Translations under genes and position numbers: made by a program | Notes under the pieces: generated by a model | Told to the model about the DNA's origin: nothing | Database searches by the model: none | What the model saw: only the letters and a program-made list of their open reading frames with translations | Shown: positions 53,358 to 63,264 of the stretch, in pieces | Layout of the letters: the number at the start of each line of letters is the position of its first letter | Position numbering within the stretch: position 1 is the stretch's first letter | Assembly (NCBI GenBank): GCA_963745545.1 | Contig: CAVUXS010000002.1 | Coordinates: 730,982-794,981 of the forward strand | Origin: an uncultured Actinomycetota bacterium | Lineage (GTDB): Bacteria > Actinomycetota > Actinomycetes > Actinomycetales > Dermatophilaceae | Length of the DNA stretch: 64,000 nucleotides | Reading direction: 5' to 3'

Positions 53358-53720
53358 TCAGGGGCTGAGCGGGGTGAAGAAGCCGACCGCTGTCACGTGG
53401 TTCCCCGAGGGGGTGACGTAGCCGCACGTGACGAGGTCGCGCCCTTCGAGGCCCTGCAGGCCTCTCACGTCGACCGTGTCGTCCCCACCAGGCCCGGTCG
53501 GGGGTCGGTCAACACTGAGCATCTTGTAGATGAAGACGCTCTGGTCGACGGTCACGTTGAAGTTGCTGCCGTTCTCGCCAGCGAAGACAGCGTCAACGGT
53601 GCGCCCGTTGTCGCACTCGAGAGTCCGCTGCAGGGTGTTTGAGTTGTTGGGATCAGCGGCGACAGGTGCCGCCCCAAGGACGAGCACGGCCAGGGCACCA
53701 ACGACTGCTTTGAGGATCAT
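53358..53720 (-). CDS. Small secreted hypothetical protein (two Cys)
   Basis: MILKAVVGALAVLVLGAAPVAA-DP signal peptide. Confidence 0.7.
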   Translation of the reverse strand: MILKAVVGALAVLVLGAAPVAADPNNSNTLQRTLECDNGRTVDAVFAGENGSNFNVTVDQSVFIYKMLSVDRPPTGPGGDDTVDVRGLQGLEGRDLVTCGYVTPSGNHVTAVGFFTPLSP

Positions 53721-54083
53721 GCGTGAACCTTCCTCCCACCGGGAGGTGTGCGCCATGGTCAATACGGACCATGACCCCGTGGAGAGCGTGAGCACCGTGT
53801 CCTGCCCGGAGGCGTAGCCGCCGTCGTCGGCATCGGTCCGGTCGTGGATGCTCTCCGATCGTTCGGCGCCGCGTCCTCGTCCCAATTCGGTTGGACTACA
53901 CCCGATTCGCAGGGGTGCTCGTGAGGCGGTGACGCGGGGTGGACGTCGCGAGAGATCAGGCGGGTGCCGACTGCAGGGCCGAGCGCGGCGACGTCGGCTG
54001 CGGTCGGGTCGTGTTCTCGCGCGGTCCTGATGCCCAGTTCGTTGCGCCGCCGGGCCAAGTTCTGCCGTCTCGGTCAGCCGGGG

Positions 54084-54773
54084 TCAGAGCGGGGCGCGGC
54101 GCAGCAGCGTGTACGTCGCGGCCAGCGTGGCCACCGTCACCGCCAGCAACCAGCCGGTGAGGGTTTGGGGGGTGAGCCCGGTGATCCACCGCCCGATCGT
54201 GGCCCAGGCGTCGGCCGCTGTGAGGAGCAGGGCGGCCGCGGTGACGACGACGACGCCGACGAGCGAGGTGACGAGCACGCCGGTTTGGCCGAACCGCGCG
54301 TACAGCGAGGACATCAGTGCCCCCAGGGCGAGTACGAGCAGCATCGGAACGGCGTAGACCGCGAGCAGCTGGTAGGTCGGCACGTCCGTGAGCCAAGGCA
54401 CGCGGAAGAACCGGCCGCCCTGGCCGAACCCGTCGGTGACCTGCTCGAGGCGGTTCAGCAGGGTCAGCGCCACACCGGTTCCGACCGCGCTGCCGATGGC
54501 GTACAGGAGGCTGCCGCCCATGAATGCCCGGCGGGTCACGCCGAGGCCGAGCGTGAACGGCAGCTGGCGTGAGACGGCCACGGCCGCGATGAACAGTGCG
54601 GTGGCGTAGAGCGAGAGCAGCCCACCCGTGGTCTTCTCGAAACTGTCCAGGTCGCCCAGCGTCACCCAGAGCACCAGGTTCACCGCGAAGGACGTGGCGA
54701 GGATGGCCCAGGGCCAGATGATCTGCTGCACGTCGAGGGTGTGCACGCGTGCGACGGCGACGGCGCGGCTCAT
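54084..54773 (-). CDS. ABC transporter permease (Ytr-type)
   Basis: About six TM segments, PFTLGLGVTRRAF; overlaps the ATPase stop. Confidence 0.8.
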   Translation of the reverse strand: MSRAVAVARVHTLDVQQIIWPWAILATSFAVNLVLWVTLGDLDSFEKTTGGLLSLYATALFIAAVAVSRQLPFTLGLGVTRRAFMGGSLLYAIGSAVGTGVALTLLNRLEQVTDGFGQGGRFFRVPWLTDVPTYQLLAVYAVPMLLVLALGALMSSLYARFGQTGVLVTSLVGVVVVTAAALLLTAADAWATIGRWITGLTPQTLTGWLLAVTVATLAATYTLLRRAPL

Positions 54774-55676
54774 CGGTCGGCTCCTTCGGTGGTTCGATGC
54801 GGGTCGTCGGACCCGCCGGTGGTCGCGTGGGCGACCAGCTGCTGCAGCGAGACGGGTGACAAGTCGAGGCTCAGCTCGTCGGCGAGCCGACGCTGCGGTT
54901 CGTCGAGACGGCCGCGCACGGTGGCTGAGGAGTACGCGCCGGCGTCCTGGCGTGCCACGACCTCGCGTCGGCCGACGAACTGCGCGACGGTGCCGGTCGG
55001 GCCGACGACGGTGTAGGCCGTGCCCCGGACATCCTCCGCTTCAGCGTCGATGACGACTCGGCCGTGGTCGACGACCACGACGCGCTCGAGCAGGTTGGCG
55101 ACCTCGTCGATGAGGTGTGTCGACAGCACCACGGTGCGGGGGTGCTCGGCGAAGTCGGTGATCAGCCGGTCGTAGAAGAGCGCGCGGCTGGGTGCGTCGA
55201 GCCCCAGGTAGGGCTCGTCGAACAAGGTGAGCGGGGCGCGCGACGCCAGCCCGATGACGATGCCGAGGGCCGAGCGCATGCCGCGCGACAGCTTCCGCAC
55301 CCGCCGCCCGCGCGGAAGGTCGAAGTCCGCGACCAGCGCCTGGGCGAAGTCCGTCGTCCCACCCGGGCTGCAGCAGCCGCGCCGAGGCGAGGACCCGGTC
55401 GACCGACAGGTCGGGGTAGCTCTGCGACTCCTTGACGAAGCAGGTGCGGCTCAGCACTCCTTCGTTCTCGAACGGGTCCGAGCCGAAGACCTCGATCGCG
55501 CCCGAGGTGGGTCGGTCGAGCCCGGTGATCAGGCGCATCACCGTGGTCTTGCCGGCGCCGTTGCGACCGAGCAGGCCGTGGATCCGGCCCGCCTCCAGCG
55601 TGAACGACGCGTCGTCGACGGCAACCACGCCGCGGAAGCGGCGACTGACGTGGTTCACCCGCACTGCTGTGCTCAT
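54770..55676 (-). CDS. ABC transporter ATP-binding protein (frameshifted)
   Basis: GRNGAGKTT, LSRGM, FDEPYLGLD, STHLIDE. Confidence 0.9.
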
Positions 55677-56036
55677 GCGGTCACCTCCTGCTCGGCGATG
55701 AGGCGAAGCAGCTCATCGGGGCGGATCCCGAGGCGCGCCGCCTCGCGCACCAACGGCTCGACGTACTCCGCGGCGAACCTCGCCCGCCGTTCGGCGAGCG
55801 AGGCGCTCCCGGGCGCCGGTGGCGACGAACATCCCGATCCCTCGCTTCTTGTAGAGCACCCCGGCGTCGACGAGCTCGTTGACTCCCTTGGCGGCCGTCG
55901 CCGGGTTGATCCGGTGGATCGCGGCGAAGTCGTTGGTCGAGGGCACCTGGGCCTCCTCGGCGAGGGTGCCGTCCAGGATCTGCGCGGCGATGCGCTCGGC
56001 GATCTGCCGGAAGATCGGACTGCCGTCGTCGATCAC
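55673..56036 (-). CDS. GntR (YtrA subfamily) regulator (frameshifted)
   Basis: PIFRQIAE...VPSTNDFA...INPATAAKG...KKRGIGMFV. Confidence 0.88.
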
Positions 56037-56070
56037 GGGCCCCTCGTTCGTATCGATGGAACCTGCTTGC

Positions 56071-56098
56071 GTGGTTAGTTACTCAACTAATGAACCAC
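56071..56098. promoter_or_regulatory. Probable YtrA operator palindrome
   Basis: GTGGTTAGTT-ACTC-AACTAATGAACCAC: AT-rich imperfect inverted repeat upstream of the GntR gene. Confidence 0.55.
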
Positions 56099-56292
56099 CG
56101 AACCTGCTCGATGTCAACCCGCGTCGGCAGTGAGCGCCACTCTTGGTGTGCCGCATGGAGACGGAGCCCTGAAGCCCCTCACCACGCGTCGTCGTCATCC
56201 CCGTCTACAGGGCGACGCACCCTCGGCCCGGTCGTTGACGGGCGGCCGCGATAGGCGCTGGCCAGCAGCCGTCTTTCTCGAGCCGGCCGTTG

Positions 56293-56620
56293 CTACTTCC
56301 CGCCCGAATCGACCTCGCCGCCGATGGACTCCTGATAGATGTCCGCGTAGGTGCGCGAGTCCTTGATCAGGTCGTCGCAGAAGGCAGGCGACGTCGTTGC
56401 CGATGAGTTCCAGGACTCCCTTGCCGGCCGCGGCGCCCTCCTCGAAGAAGTCGACGATCCCGGAGAGCAGGGTTCCGTCAGCCAGGTCGACCGGTCCGAC
56501 CTTGAAGAGGTACCTCTGGATCTCCTTGTAGACGATCTGGTAGTCCGGCGGGAGCGCCTTGACTCGCGCCATGTGCGCCCGCCACTGCTTCTTGCCCTCG
56601 ATGATGTCTTGGATGCCCAC
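56293..56620 (-). CDS. DUF1048 family protein (frameshifted)
   Basis: IEGKKQWRAHMARVKALPPDYQIVYKEIQRYLF...FFEEGAAAGKGVLELIGNDVA/AFCDDL. Confidence 0.85.
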
Positions 56621-56621
56621 G

Positions 56622-56981
56622 TCAGCCTCCTCGCCTGGCCCAGCTTCCTTGCGACGTTCCTGTTCAGCTGCTCGCGCCACCGGTCGCGATAGCTCCGGGC
56701 CCCTTCGCCGCCGGCCAGCGCCGCACAGAAGCCGCTCGATGTCGTCGCCCAGCACCTCGTGGATGCTCTGCCCATCGGCCGCGGTCTCTTCGAGCAGCCC
56801 CAGAGCGCCGTCGAGGATCGGCATCAGGTTGCGGCCGGTGAAGTCCGCGTAGGGCAAAAGGTGCGCCTTGATCTCTTCCCACGCCGCCCGGTAGTCGGCC
56901 GGCAGAGCCTCGGCCCGAGCCTCGAACGCCTTCCATTCCCTGGTGAGGTCGCTGCCGGTGATCGGTCTCCCAGAAGTTCAT
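56622..56981 (-). CDS. DUF1048 family protein (frameshifted)
   Basis: MNFWET...EWKAFEARAEALPADYRAAW...LLEETAADG...GFCAAL...RDRWREQLN. Confidence 0.85.
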
Positions 56982-57305
56982 CTTCCGCCCTCCTTGAGCT
57001 TGTCGATCCGTGATGAGACGTACTCCATTTCGCCCAGAACTTCCCGAGTTCCGCGCGCCCCGCGTCGTTGAGCGCATAGAACTTGCGCGGCGGGCCCTGT
57101 CTCGGACGGCCGTTTCGTCACCTGGACGAGTCCGTTGCGTCTCCAGTCGCAGCAGGATCGTGTAGACCGTGCCCTCGACGACGTCGGCGAAGCCGAGTTC
57201 GTTCAGCCGACGCGTGATGGCGTACCCGTAGGTCTCCTCGCTGTCGATGATCTCAAGCACGCAGCCCTCGAGCGTGCCCTTCAGCATCTCCGTCAGGTCG
57301 TCCAT
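56978..57305 (-). CDS. PadR family regulator (frameshifted)
   Basis: MLKGTLEGCVLEII...YGYAITRRL...EGTVYTILLRLE. Confidence 0.88.
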
Positions 57306-57332
57306 CGCTGGCCCGTCCTCGGCTTCCTCTAG

Positions 57333-57373
57333 TACTCGTACTGCTAGGTACCGGTACACGGTAGCACAGAGTA
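57333..57373. promoter_or_regulatory. Possible PadR operator
   Basis: Imperfect palindrome TACTC..TGCTA-GTACCGGTAC-..TAGCA..GAGTA upstream of the PadR gene. Confidence 0.4.
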
Positions 57374-57610
57374 GTGGCACCCGGTCGACCGGGAGCACCA
57401 AGCGACCGGTACAGGAAATGCATTGCCGGACTCGACACCAGTCCGTCGGAAGTCGAACTGGAGCGGGCGGTCCGTAGGCGGTGAATAGACGCGCTTCATT
57501 GACCATGGGCCGTCGAGTTGCCCGCAGTACTCCGGAGAAGCTTCTCCGCGCCGAGGGACTGCTACGTCATCGGGTGGACTCCCGCAGTCAGCGGGGACAG
57601 ACTGTCTGAC

Positions 57611-57754
57611 GTGAGAGCGAAGCGCCTCATCTGTGCCGTCCGCGGCCACCGGTGGCGCCGGTTTCGTCGCGAGGGCGAGGCCATGCGTGAATGCCGGCGA
57701 TGCGGCTACCTCGTGCGGGCGGACGCGGATCCGCCGAACATGGTGAGCATGTGA
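57611..57754 (+). CDS. Small DUF1660-like Zn-finger protein
   Basis: LICAVRGHRW...CRRCG pattern. Confidence 0.5.
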   Translation: MRAKRLICAVRGHRWRRFRREGEAMRECRRCGYLVRADADPPNMVSM

Positions 57755-57803
57755 CACCTATCCGTGTGGCAGACCCGGACGCCGCGCCAGCCCGCCTCGC
57801 CGA

Positions 57804-58466
57804 TCAGCGTCGGCCGCCATCGACGTGGATCGTCTGGCCGTCGATGTAGCTCGAGCGGAGGAGCCAGATCGTCGTGTCGACGACGTCGTCCAGTTCGCCG
57901 CACCGGCCGACAAGGGTCTGCTCGGCCGCCCCGGTGAGGAACGCTGGTTTCGCCTCGCCCTTGCCGTCCCAGGCGCCACTGTCGACGATGCCCGGCGCGA
58001 CCGCGTTGACCCGGACGGGCGCGAGGTTCGCGGCGAGGTGGCGGGCGGCGAAGTCGACCGCACCGTTGGTGATTCCCTTGACGATCGACCCAGGCCCTGG
58101 TCGCCAGCCGACGACGCCAGCGAAGAGCGTCATCGAGTGGCGGATCTCGAAGTGCTTCGCGACGAGAAGCGGGCCGATCACCTTCGTCTCGAACGCGGCG
58201 ACGATCTGGTCGCGGTCGAGCTCGGCGATCGAGGCGCCGTAGGGTCCGAGCCGAGGGTCACGACGTGGTCGACGGCGCCGATCTCGCGGCGGCGGCGGCG
58301 ATCGACGCCTCGTCGTGAGGTCGAGGTGTACGGCGCCCTCGATCGTCCGCGGGTCGCGTGCCCCGACCACCACGTCCATGCCTCTTGTCGCGCCCGCGTT
58401 GCGATGGCCGCGCCGATGCCCCGTCCGCCGCCGATCACAGGACTCGCTGTCCGTCTAGTTCGTCAT
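57804..58466 (-). CDS. Short-chain dehydrogenase/reductase (frameshifted)
   Basis: IGGGRGIGAAIA, LAPVRVNAVAPGIVD, YIDGQTIHVDGG. Confidence 0.85.
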
Positions 58467-58519
58467 GGCGCGACGGTATGCTTTGATACCGAGTTACTGC
58501 AAGGGAACCGGAGGTGCCG

Positions 58520-58888
58520 ATGGACTACAACGTGATGGCCCGCACCTGTCCCTCCCGCGTCGTGCTCCACCGCATCGGCGCCCGCTGGACGGTCTTCATC
58601 ATCACCGCGCTCGAGCATGGACCGAAGCGCTTCGTCGAGCTGAAGACGCACATTCAGGGCATCACCGCGAAGGTCCTCACGGAGACACTGCGGACCCTCG
58701 AGCGCGACGGCCTCATCACTCGCACCGACTACGAAGAGAACCCGCCCCGCGTGGAGTACGAGCTCACCGAGCTCGGCCGCTCACTGCTCGAGCCGCTGCG
58801 CGCCGTGCGGCGCTGGGCCGAGGCGCACGTTCCGGAGATCCAGGCCGCGAACGCGGCGGCGGCTGGAATGCAGCCGGGCGGTCGCTGA
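58520..58888 (+). CDS. HxlR family regulator
   Basis: CPSRVVLHRIGARWT...GITAKVLTETLRTLERDGL...PPRVEYELTELG. Confidence 0.9.
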   Translation: MDYNVMARTCPSRVVLHRIGARWTVFIITALEHGPKRFVELKTHIQGITAKVLTETLRTLERDGLITRTDYEENPPRVEYELTELGRSLLEPLRAVRRWAEAHVPEIQAANAAAAGMQPGGR

Positions 58889-58907
58889 TCGCGACAGGGA
58901 CGTCGGC

Positions 58908-59180
58908 TCACGCCACCTGTGAAGAGAAGGTGGAGTACCCGTGCTCGGCCGTTTCTTGGCGGTGGGCGGAAGCCAGCCGGTCGGCGTCGCGCTCGGGGAG
59001 GAAGCCTGAGTCTTGGCCACAGTCGTGGCAGACCGCGACGGCTCGTCGACCAAGGTGGACGACCTCGATCAGGTGAGGATGACAGGCCTCTTCACCTCCG
59101 TGGTGGTGGTCGCGTCGATGGACCGCGTCGACGGTGCAGGCGGCCACCGGATCGCACTGATTGTGTGTCGAGTCAAACAT
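58908..59180 (-). CDS. Small Cys/His-rich hypothetical protein
   Basis: QCDPVAAC...HHHGGEEACHPHLIEVVHLG...VCHDCGQDSGF. Confidence 0.5.
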   Translation of the reverse strand: MFDSTHNQCDPVAACTVDAVHRRDHHHGGEEACHPHLIEVVHLGRRAVAVCHDCGQDSGFLPERDADRLASAHRQETAEHGYSTFSSQVA

Positions 59181-59407
59181 CGGGTCCGCCCTTCCGGAGG
59201 GGTGTCTCTGCATCCATCGAACGACGTGGAGTCTGGCAGGACGACCTTTGGGTGTCCTTCGGTCTTGCCGGTGTCCCCGGAAGGCCGCCAGGAGCTCCGT
59301 TCACCGCGCCGAGGGCGCACACCGGGATGGCCGCGGGCCGGGTGTGCGGGAGCGTCCGTCCATCGGCTTGAACCAGGGAGTTCATCGACCAAGAGTCATC
59401 CGACACC

Positions 59408-59472
59408 GAGCGAACAGACTTCCGTTGTCGTCCCTGAATCGAGACGGATCCGCCAGCGGCACAGAGACGCAC
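59408..59472 (+). repeat. 65-bp direct repeat, copy 2
   Basis: 64/65 identical to 53130-53194. Confidence 0.95.
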
Positions 59473-59831
59473 GCATGAGCGACCTCAAGCTTCACGTGCT
59501 ATCACCACCACGGCAGTGACGAATACCTCCGGGCCTGCTCGCGATGCTGCAGCCGCAGGGCCCCCCGGATCACACGGCCCCACGGTCCTGGGAGATAGGG
59601 AGTCTCGCTCAGGCTCCAGGCATCCGGCGCATGGACAGTCTCCGGTCAGGACCGACGTACGAGGCTGCGGCGGACAAGCGCACCCTCACGGTGCGCGAGG
59701 CGATCACGGCCCAGTCCGCCTTCCGCTGACGAATTCCCCAGGGACCGGCGTGTCAGGCGGTGTCCGGTGGTTCTGGCCCCGGAAGGATACGTGGTGCACC
59801 ACCTCGCTCACCCGCCATCGAGGAGAACACC

Positions 59832-60239
59832 ATGAACGCCAAGCCCGCGACCGAGCCCAGCAGGACGGCAGCCGGCCTGACCGTCTTCGCCGCCCTCATG
59901 ATGATCATGGTCGGCGCCTTCCAGGCGATTCAGGGCCTGGTCGCTCTGGTCAACGACACGTTCTACGTGGCTGGCGAGAAGTACATCTTCACCTTTGACC
60001 TCACCACTTGGGGATGGATCCACCTCGTCCTCGGTGTGCTGGTGGCGGTCGCGGGCTACTTCGTGCTTCAGGGCAAGGTGTGGGCCCGCACCGTCGGCGT
60101 CGTCGTCGCCCTGGGCAGCGCCTTGTTCAACTTCGCCTGGCTGCCCCAGTACCCGCTGTGGGGGTTGGCCATCATCACGTTGGACGTCTTCGTGATCTGG
60201 GCGCTGACGGTCCACGGCCGGGACGTCACCAGAGCCTGA
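59832..60239 (+). CDS. Conserved actinobacterial four-TM membrane protein (DUF7144-like)
   Basis: FQAIQGLVAL, DLTTWGWIHL, WARTVG, LPQYPLW, VIWAL; GAGGAG upstream. Confidence 0.8.
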   Translation: MNAKPATEPSRTAAGLTVFAALMMIMVGAFQAIQGLVALVNDTFYVAGEKYIFTFDLTTWGWIHLVLGVLVAVAGYFVLQGKVWARTVGVVVALGSALFNFAWLPQYPLWGLAIITLDVFVIWALTVHGRDVTRA

Positions 60240-60507
60240 CCTCCCTCGAGAGGGCTGCGTCACTGCAACTTTGCAAGGATGGCGCAGCCCCGGTTGGGGC
60301 GTCCGCGTCGATCCCTTCCAGGTCCGGGGAGCCTCCCGCCAGAACCTCTCTCGCTGAAGTGACTCTAGTCGTGCCGCACCAGGCGATTGCCGCATGTACC
60401 CGGCGGCACACCCGCCGTCGATCACTGTGCAAAGAACTCCCCAAGGCCAATCGAGTTTGGGACGTGGACCGGCGGGTCTTGTGGACCTCCTGACTGGGGC
60501 GGTCGTC

Positions 60508-62022
60508 CTACAGTCGGGCGGCGAGTCTGTGGTAGGCCGCGCTCCACCGCAGCTCGTTCTGGACGGCGGGGATGGTGGTGGACTCGTCGATGACGACGAG
60601 CTCGGTCGACAGGATCGCGGCCAGGTCGCGGAACTCGGGCGTGCCGACGGCAGTGGACAGCACGGTGTGGTGGGGCCCGCCGGCCAGGATCCAGGCCTCC
60701 GCGGAGGTGGCGAAGTCCGGTGCAGGTTCCCACACGGCGCAGGCGACCGGGAGGTTCGGCAGCGGGGCGTCGGGCTCGACGACCGCGACCTTGTTGAGGG
60801 TGAGCCGGAACCGGTCGCCCATGTCGTTGATGCCGACCACGACCGCAGGCCCGGGTGCCGCGGTGAAGCGCAGGCGAACGGGGTCCTCGCGGCCACCAAT
60901 CCCGAGCGGATGGATCTCCAGCGTCGGTCGGGCGCCGGCGATGGTCGGGCACACCTCGAGCATGTGGGCGCCGAGGATCTTCTCCTTACCCGGCGTGGCC
61001 AGGTCGTAGGTGTAGTCCTCCATGAACGAGGTGCCGCCGGGGCGCCCGGCGGCCATGGCCTTGGTGGTGCGCAGGATGGCCGAGGTCTTCCAGTCGCCCT
61101 CGCCACCGAAGCCGTAGCCGTCTGCCATCAGTCGCTGCACCGCCAGGCCGGGCAGCTGCCGCAGTCCGCCGAGGTCCTCGAAGTTGGTGGTGAACGCCGT
61201 GAATCGGCCCTCGGTGAGGAAGTCGCGCAGTCCGACCTCGATGGCGGCGCCGTAGCGCAGGGACTCGTGTCGCTCACCCCCGGGCCGCAGCTCGGTGGCG
61301 ACGTCGTAGGTGTCGAGGTACTCGCTGATCAGGGCGCTGACGGCTTGGGGCCCGGCGGCGTCGACCCGCTGGGCCAGCTCGGTCACGCCGTAGGTGTTGA
61401 CCGAGACACCAAAGCGCAGCTGGGCCTCGACCTTGTCGCCCTCGGTGACTGCGACGTCGCGCATGTTGTCGCCGAACCGGGCCAGGCGCATGGTCCTCAG
61501 GTCGTGTGCACCACGGGCAGCCCGACTCCAGGTGGCGACCCGCTCGACGACGGCGGGGTTGCTCACGTGCCCGGCGATCACCTTGCGGGCTACCCCGAGC
61601 CGCGCCCCGATGTACCCGAACTCGCGGTCGCCGTGGGCGGCCTGGTTGAGGTTCATGAAGTCCATGTCGATGGTCGACCACGGCAGGGCGGCATCCGCCT
61701 GCGTGTGGAGGTGCAGCAGCGGTTTGCGAAGCGCGTCGATACCAGCGATCCACATCTTCGCCGGGGAGAAGGTGTGCATCCAGGTGATGACGCCAGCGCA
61801 GTCCGGGTGAGCGTTGGCCTCGAGCACCACAGTGTGGATGGCCGCGCTGTCGGTAAGCACTGGCTTCCAGACGATGTCGGCCGGCACGGCCCCCGACTCC
61901 TGGAGGTGCTCGGCCACCTGCTGCGATTGCTCGGCGACGACGCGCAGGGTTTCATCGCCGTAGAGGGCTTGGCTTCCGGTGAGGAACCAGATCTCCACGG
62001 TGCGTTCGGCGATCGGTGTCAT
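60508..62022 (-). CDS. araA: L-arabinose isomerase
   Basis: [60 protein letters not shown]. Confidence 0.97.
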   Translation of the reverse strand: MTPIAERTVEIWFLTGSQALYGDETLRVVAEQSQQVAEHLQESGAVPADIVWKPVLTDSAAIHTVVLEANAHPDCAGVITWMHTFSPAKMWIAGIDALRKPLLHLHTQADAALPWSTIDMDFMNLNQAAHGDREFGYIGARLGVARKVIAGHVSNPAVVERVATWSRAARGAHDLRTMRLARFGDNMRDVAVTEGDKVEAQLRFGVSVNTYGVTELAQRVDAAGPQAVSALISEYLDTYDVATELRPGGERHESLRYGAAIEVGLRDFLTEGRFTAFTTNFEDLGGLRQLPGLAVQRLMADGYGFGGEGDWKTSAILRTTKAMAAGRPGGTSFMEDYTYDLATPGKEKILGAHMLEVCPTIAGARPTLEIHPLGIGGREDPVRLRFTAAPGPAVVVGINDMGDRFRLTLNKVAVVEPDAPLPNLPVACAVWEPAPDFATSAEAWILAGGPHHTVLSTAVGTPEFRDLAAILSTELVVIDESTTIPAVQNELRWSAAYHRLAARL

Positions 62023-62057
62023 GGGAAGTCCTTTGGTTGCAGGCGGTTTGCCATCGC

Positions 62058-62735
62058 TCAGCGCTGGCCGTAGACGTTCTGGTAGCGGTCGAACAGGGAG
62101 TCGACGTGGTGCGGCGCGATGCGCGCCGGCTCACCGAGCTGGCGCGCGATGTGCACCGTTCGGGCGACGTCCTCGCACATGACGGCAGCCTTGACGGCGG
62201 AGCGGGCGTCCTCGCCGATCGTGAAGACGCCGTGGTTGCGCATCAGGACGGCCGGGGACCGGCTACCAGCGAGTGTGTCGACGATGCCGCGCCCGATGGA
62301 GTCGTCGCCGATCAGGGCGAACGGCCCGACCGGGACGTCGCCGCCGAACTCGTCAGCCATCATCGTGAGTACACACGGGATGGGTTCGCCGCGCGCGGCC
62401 CATGCAGTCGCATACGTCGAGTGGGTGTGCACCACGCCCCCAACGTGGGGCATCTCGCGGTAGACGTAGGCGGCAGCCGCCGTGTCCGATGAGGGGGCAC
62501 GGTCGCCCTCGACGACCTCACCCTGTAGGTCGCACACAACCATCGAGTCCGCGGTGAGCTCGTCGTACGAGAGCCCGGAGGGCTTGATGATCATCAGGTC
62601 TTGGCCCGGGACGCGAGCCGAGACGTTCCCGGCCGTCCACACCACCAGCTCGTAGCGGGTCAGCTGTGCATGCAGGTCACTGACCGTGCGGCGAAGCTCC
62701 TCAATGGTGTGCCGGACGTCTTGATCAGCGGTCAT
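62058..62735 (-). CDS. araD: L-ribulose-5-phosphate 4-epimerase
   Basis: [44 protein letters not shown]. Confidence 0.93.
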   Translation of the reverse strand: MTADQDVRHTIEELRRTVSDLHAQLTRYELVVWTAGNVSARVPGQDLMIIKPSGLSYDELTADSMVVCDLQGEVVEGDRAPSSDTAAAAYVYREMPHVGGVVHTHSTYATAWAARGEPIPCVLTMMADEFGGDVPVGPFALIGDDSIGRGIVDTLAGSRSPAVLMRNHGVFTIGEDARSAVKAAVMCEDVARTVHIARQLGEPARIAPHHVDSLFDRYQNVYGQR

Positions 62736-63108
62736 GTCGACCCCTTTCGTGAGCGAGCGCTTGTGGTGCCGCGGACGATGAGCCGCGGCGGCAGGAGTGG
62801 GACGCTGGGCGTACTCACATCGCGGATCGCCGCGATGTGGACCTCGATTCGTTCAGGCGCCACGGCGGGTGAAGTCCGGGTGGACCGACGTCAGGCGCGG
62901 GACGACGGCAGGCGTGCGCGTGTCGTCGAAGCCGACAACGGACACCGGGTCCGGGACGCGCCACCCCGCCTCGGGCGCGGCCCGCAGGACTCCAGGTGCC
63001 ATGTGGGTCACTGCCGGCGAAGACCGCTGTCACGAGAATGTCCGCAGTGGTCGAGCAACCCGCTTCGTACCCGGATGCAGCGCTCCAGTCACCCCACAAG
63101 CGGCTCAC
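62732..63108 (-). pseudogene. Decayed LacI-family regulator (C-terminal part only)
   Basis: GDWSAASGYEAG, VTAVFAGSD, GVLRA..GWRVPDPVSVVGFDD, PRLTSV, LIVRGTT across shifted frames; stop overlaps the araD ATG; no HTH seen. Confidence 0.75.
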
Positions 63109-63264
63109 TTTGCACTTCCCTCGAAGTCATCGAAACGCTTACGGTGGCGCTAACGGCATCCCCCGTCAAGCCCCGACGGTCAGCCCCGTAGGGACGTTTC
63201 TGTCACGCGTCGCTAGCGTCCCGCAACCTCCGGCGCTGACGCGCCCGGCCAAAGGAGTCTGACC

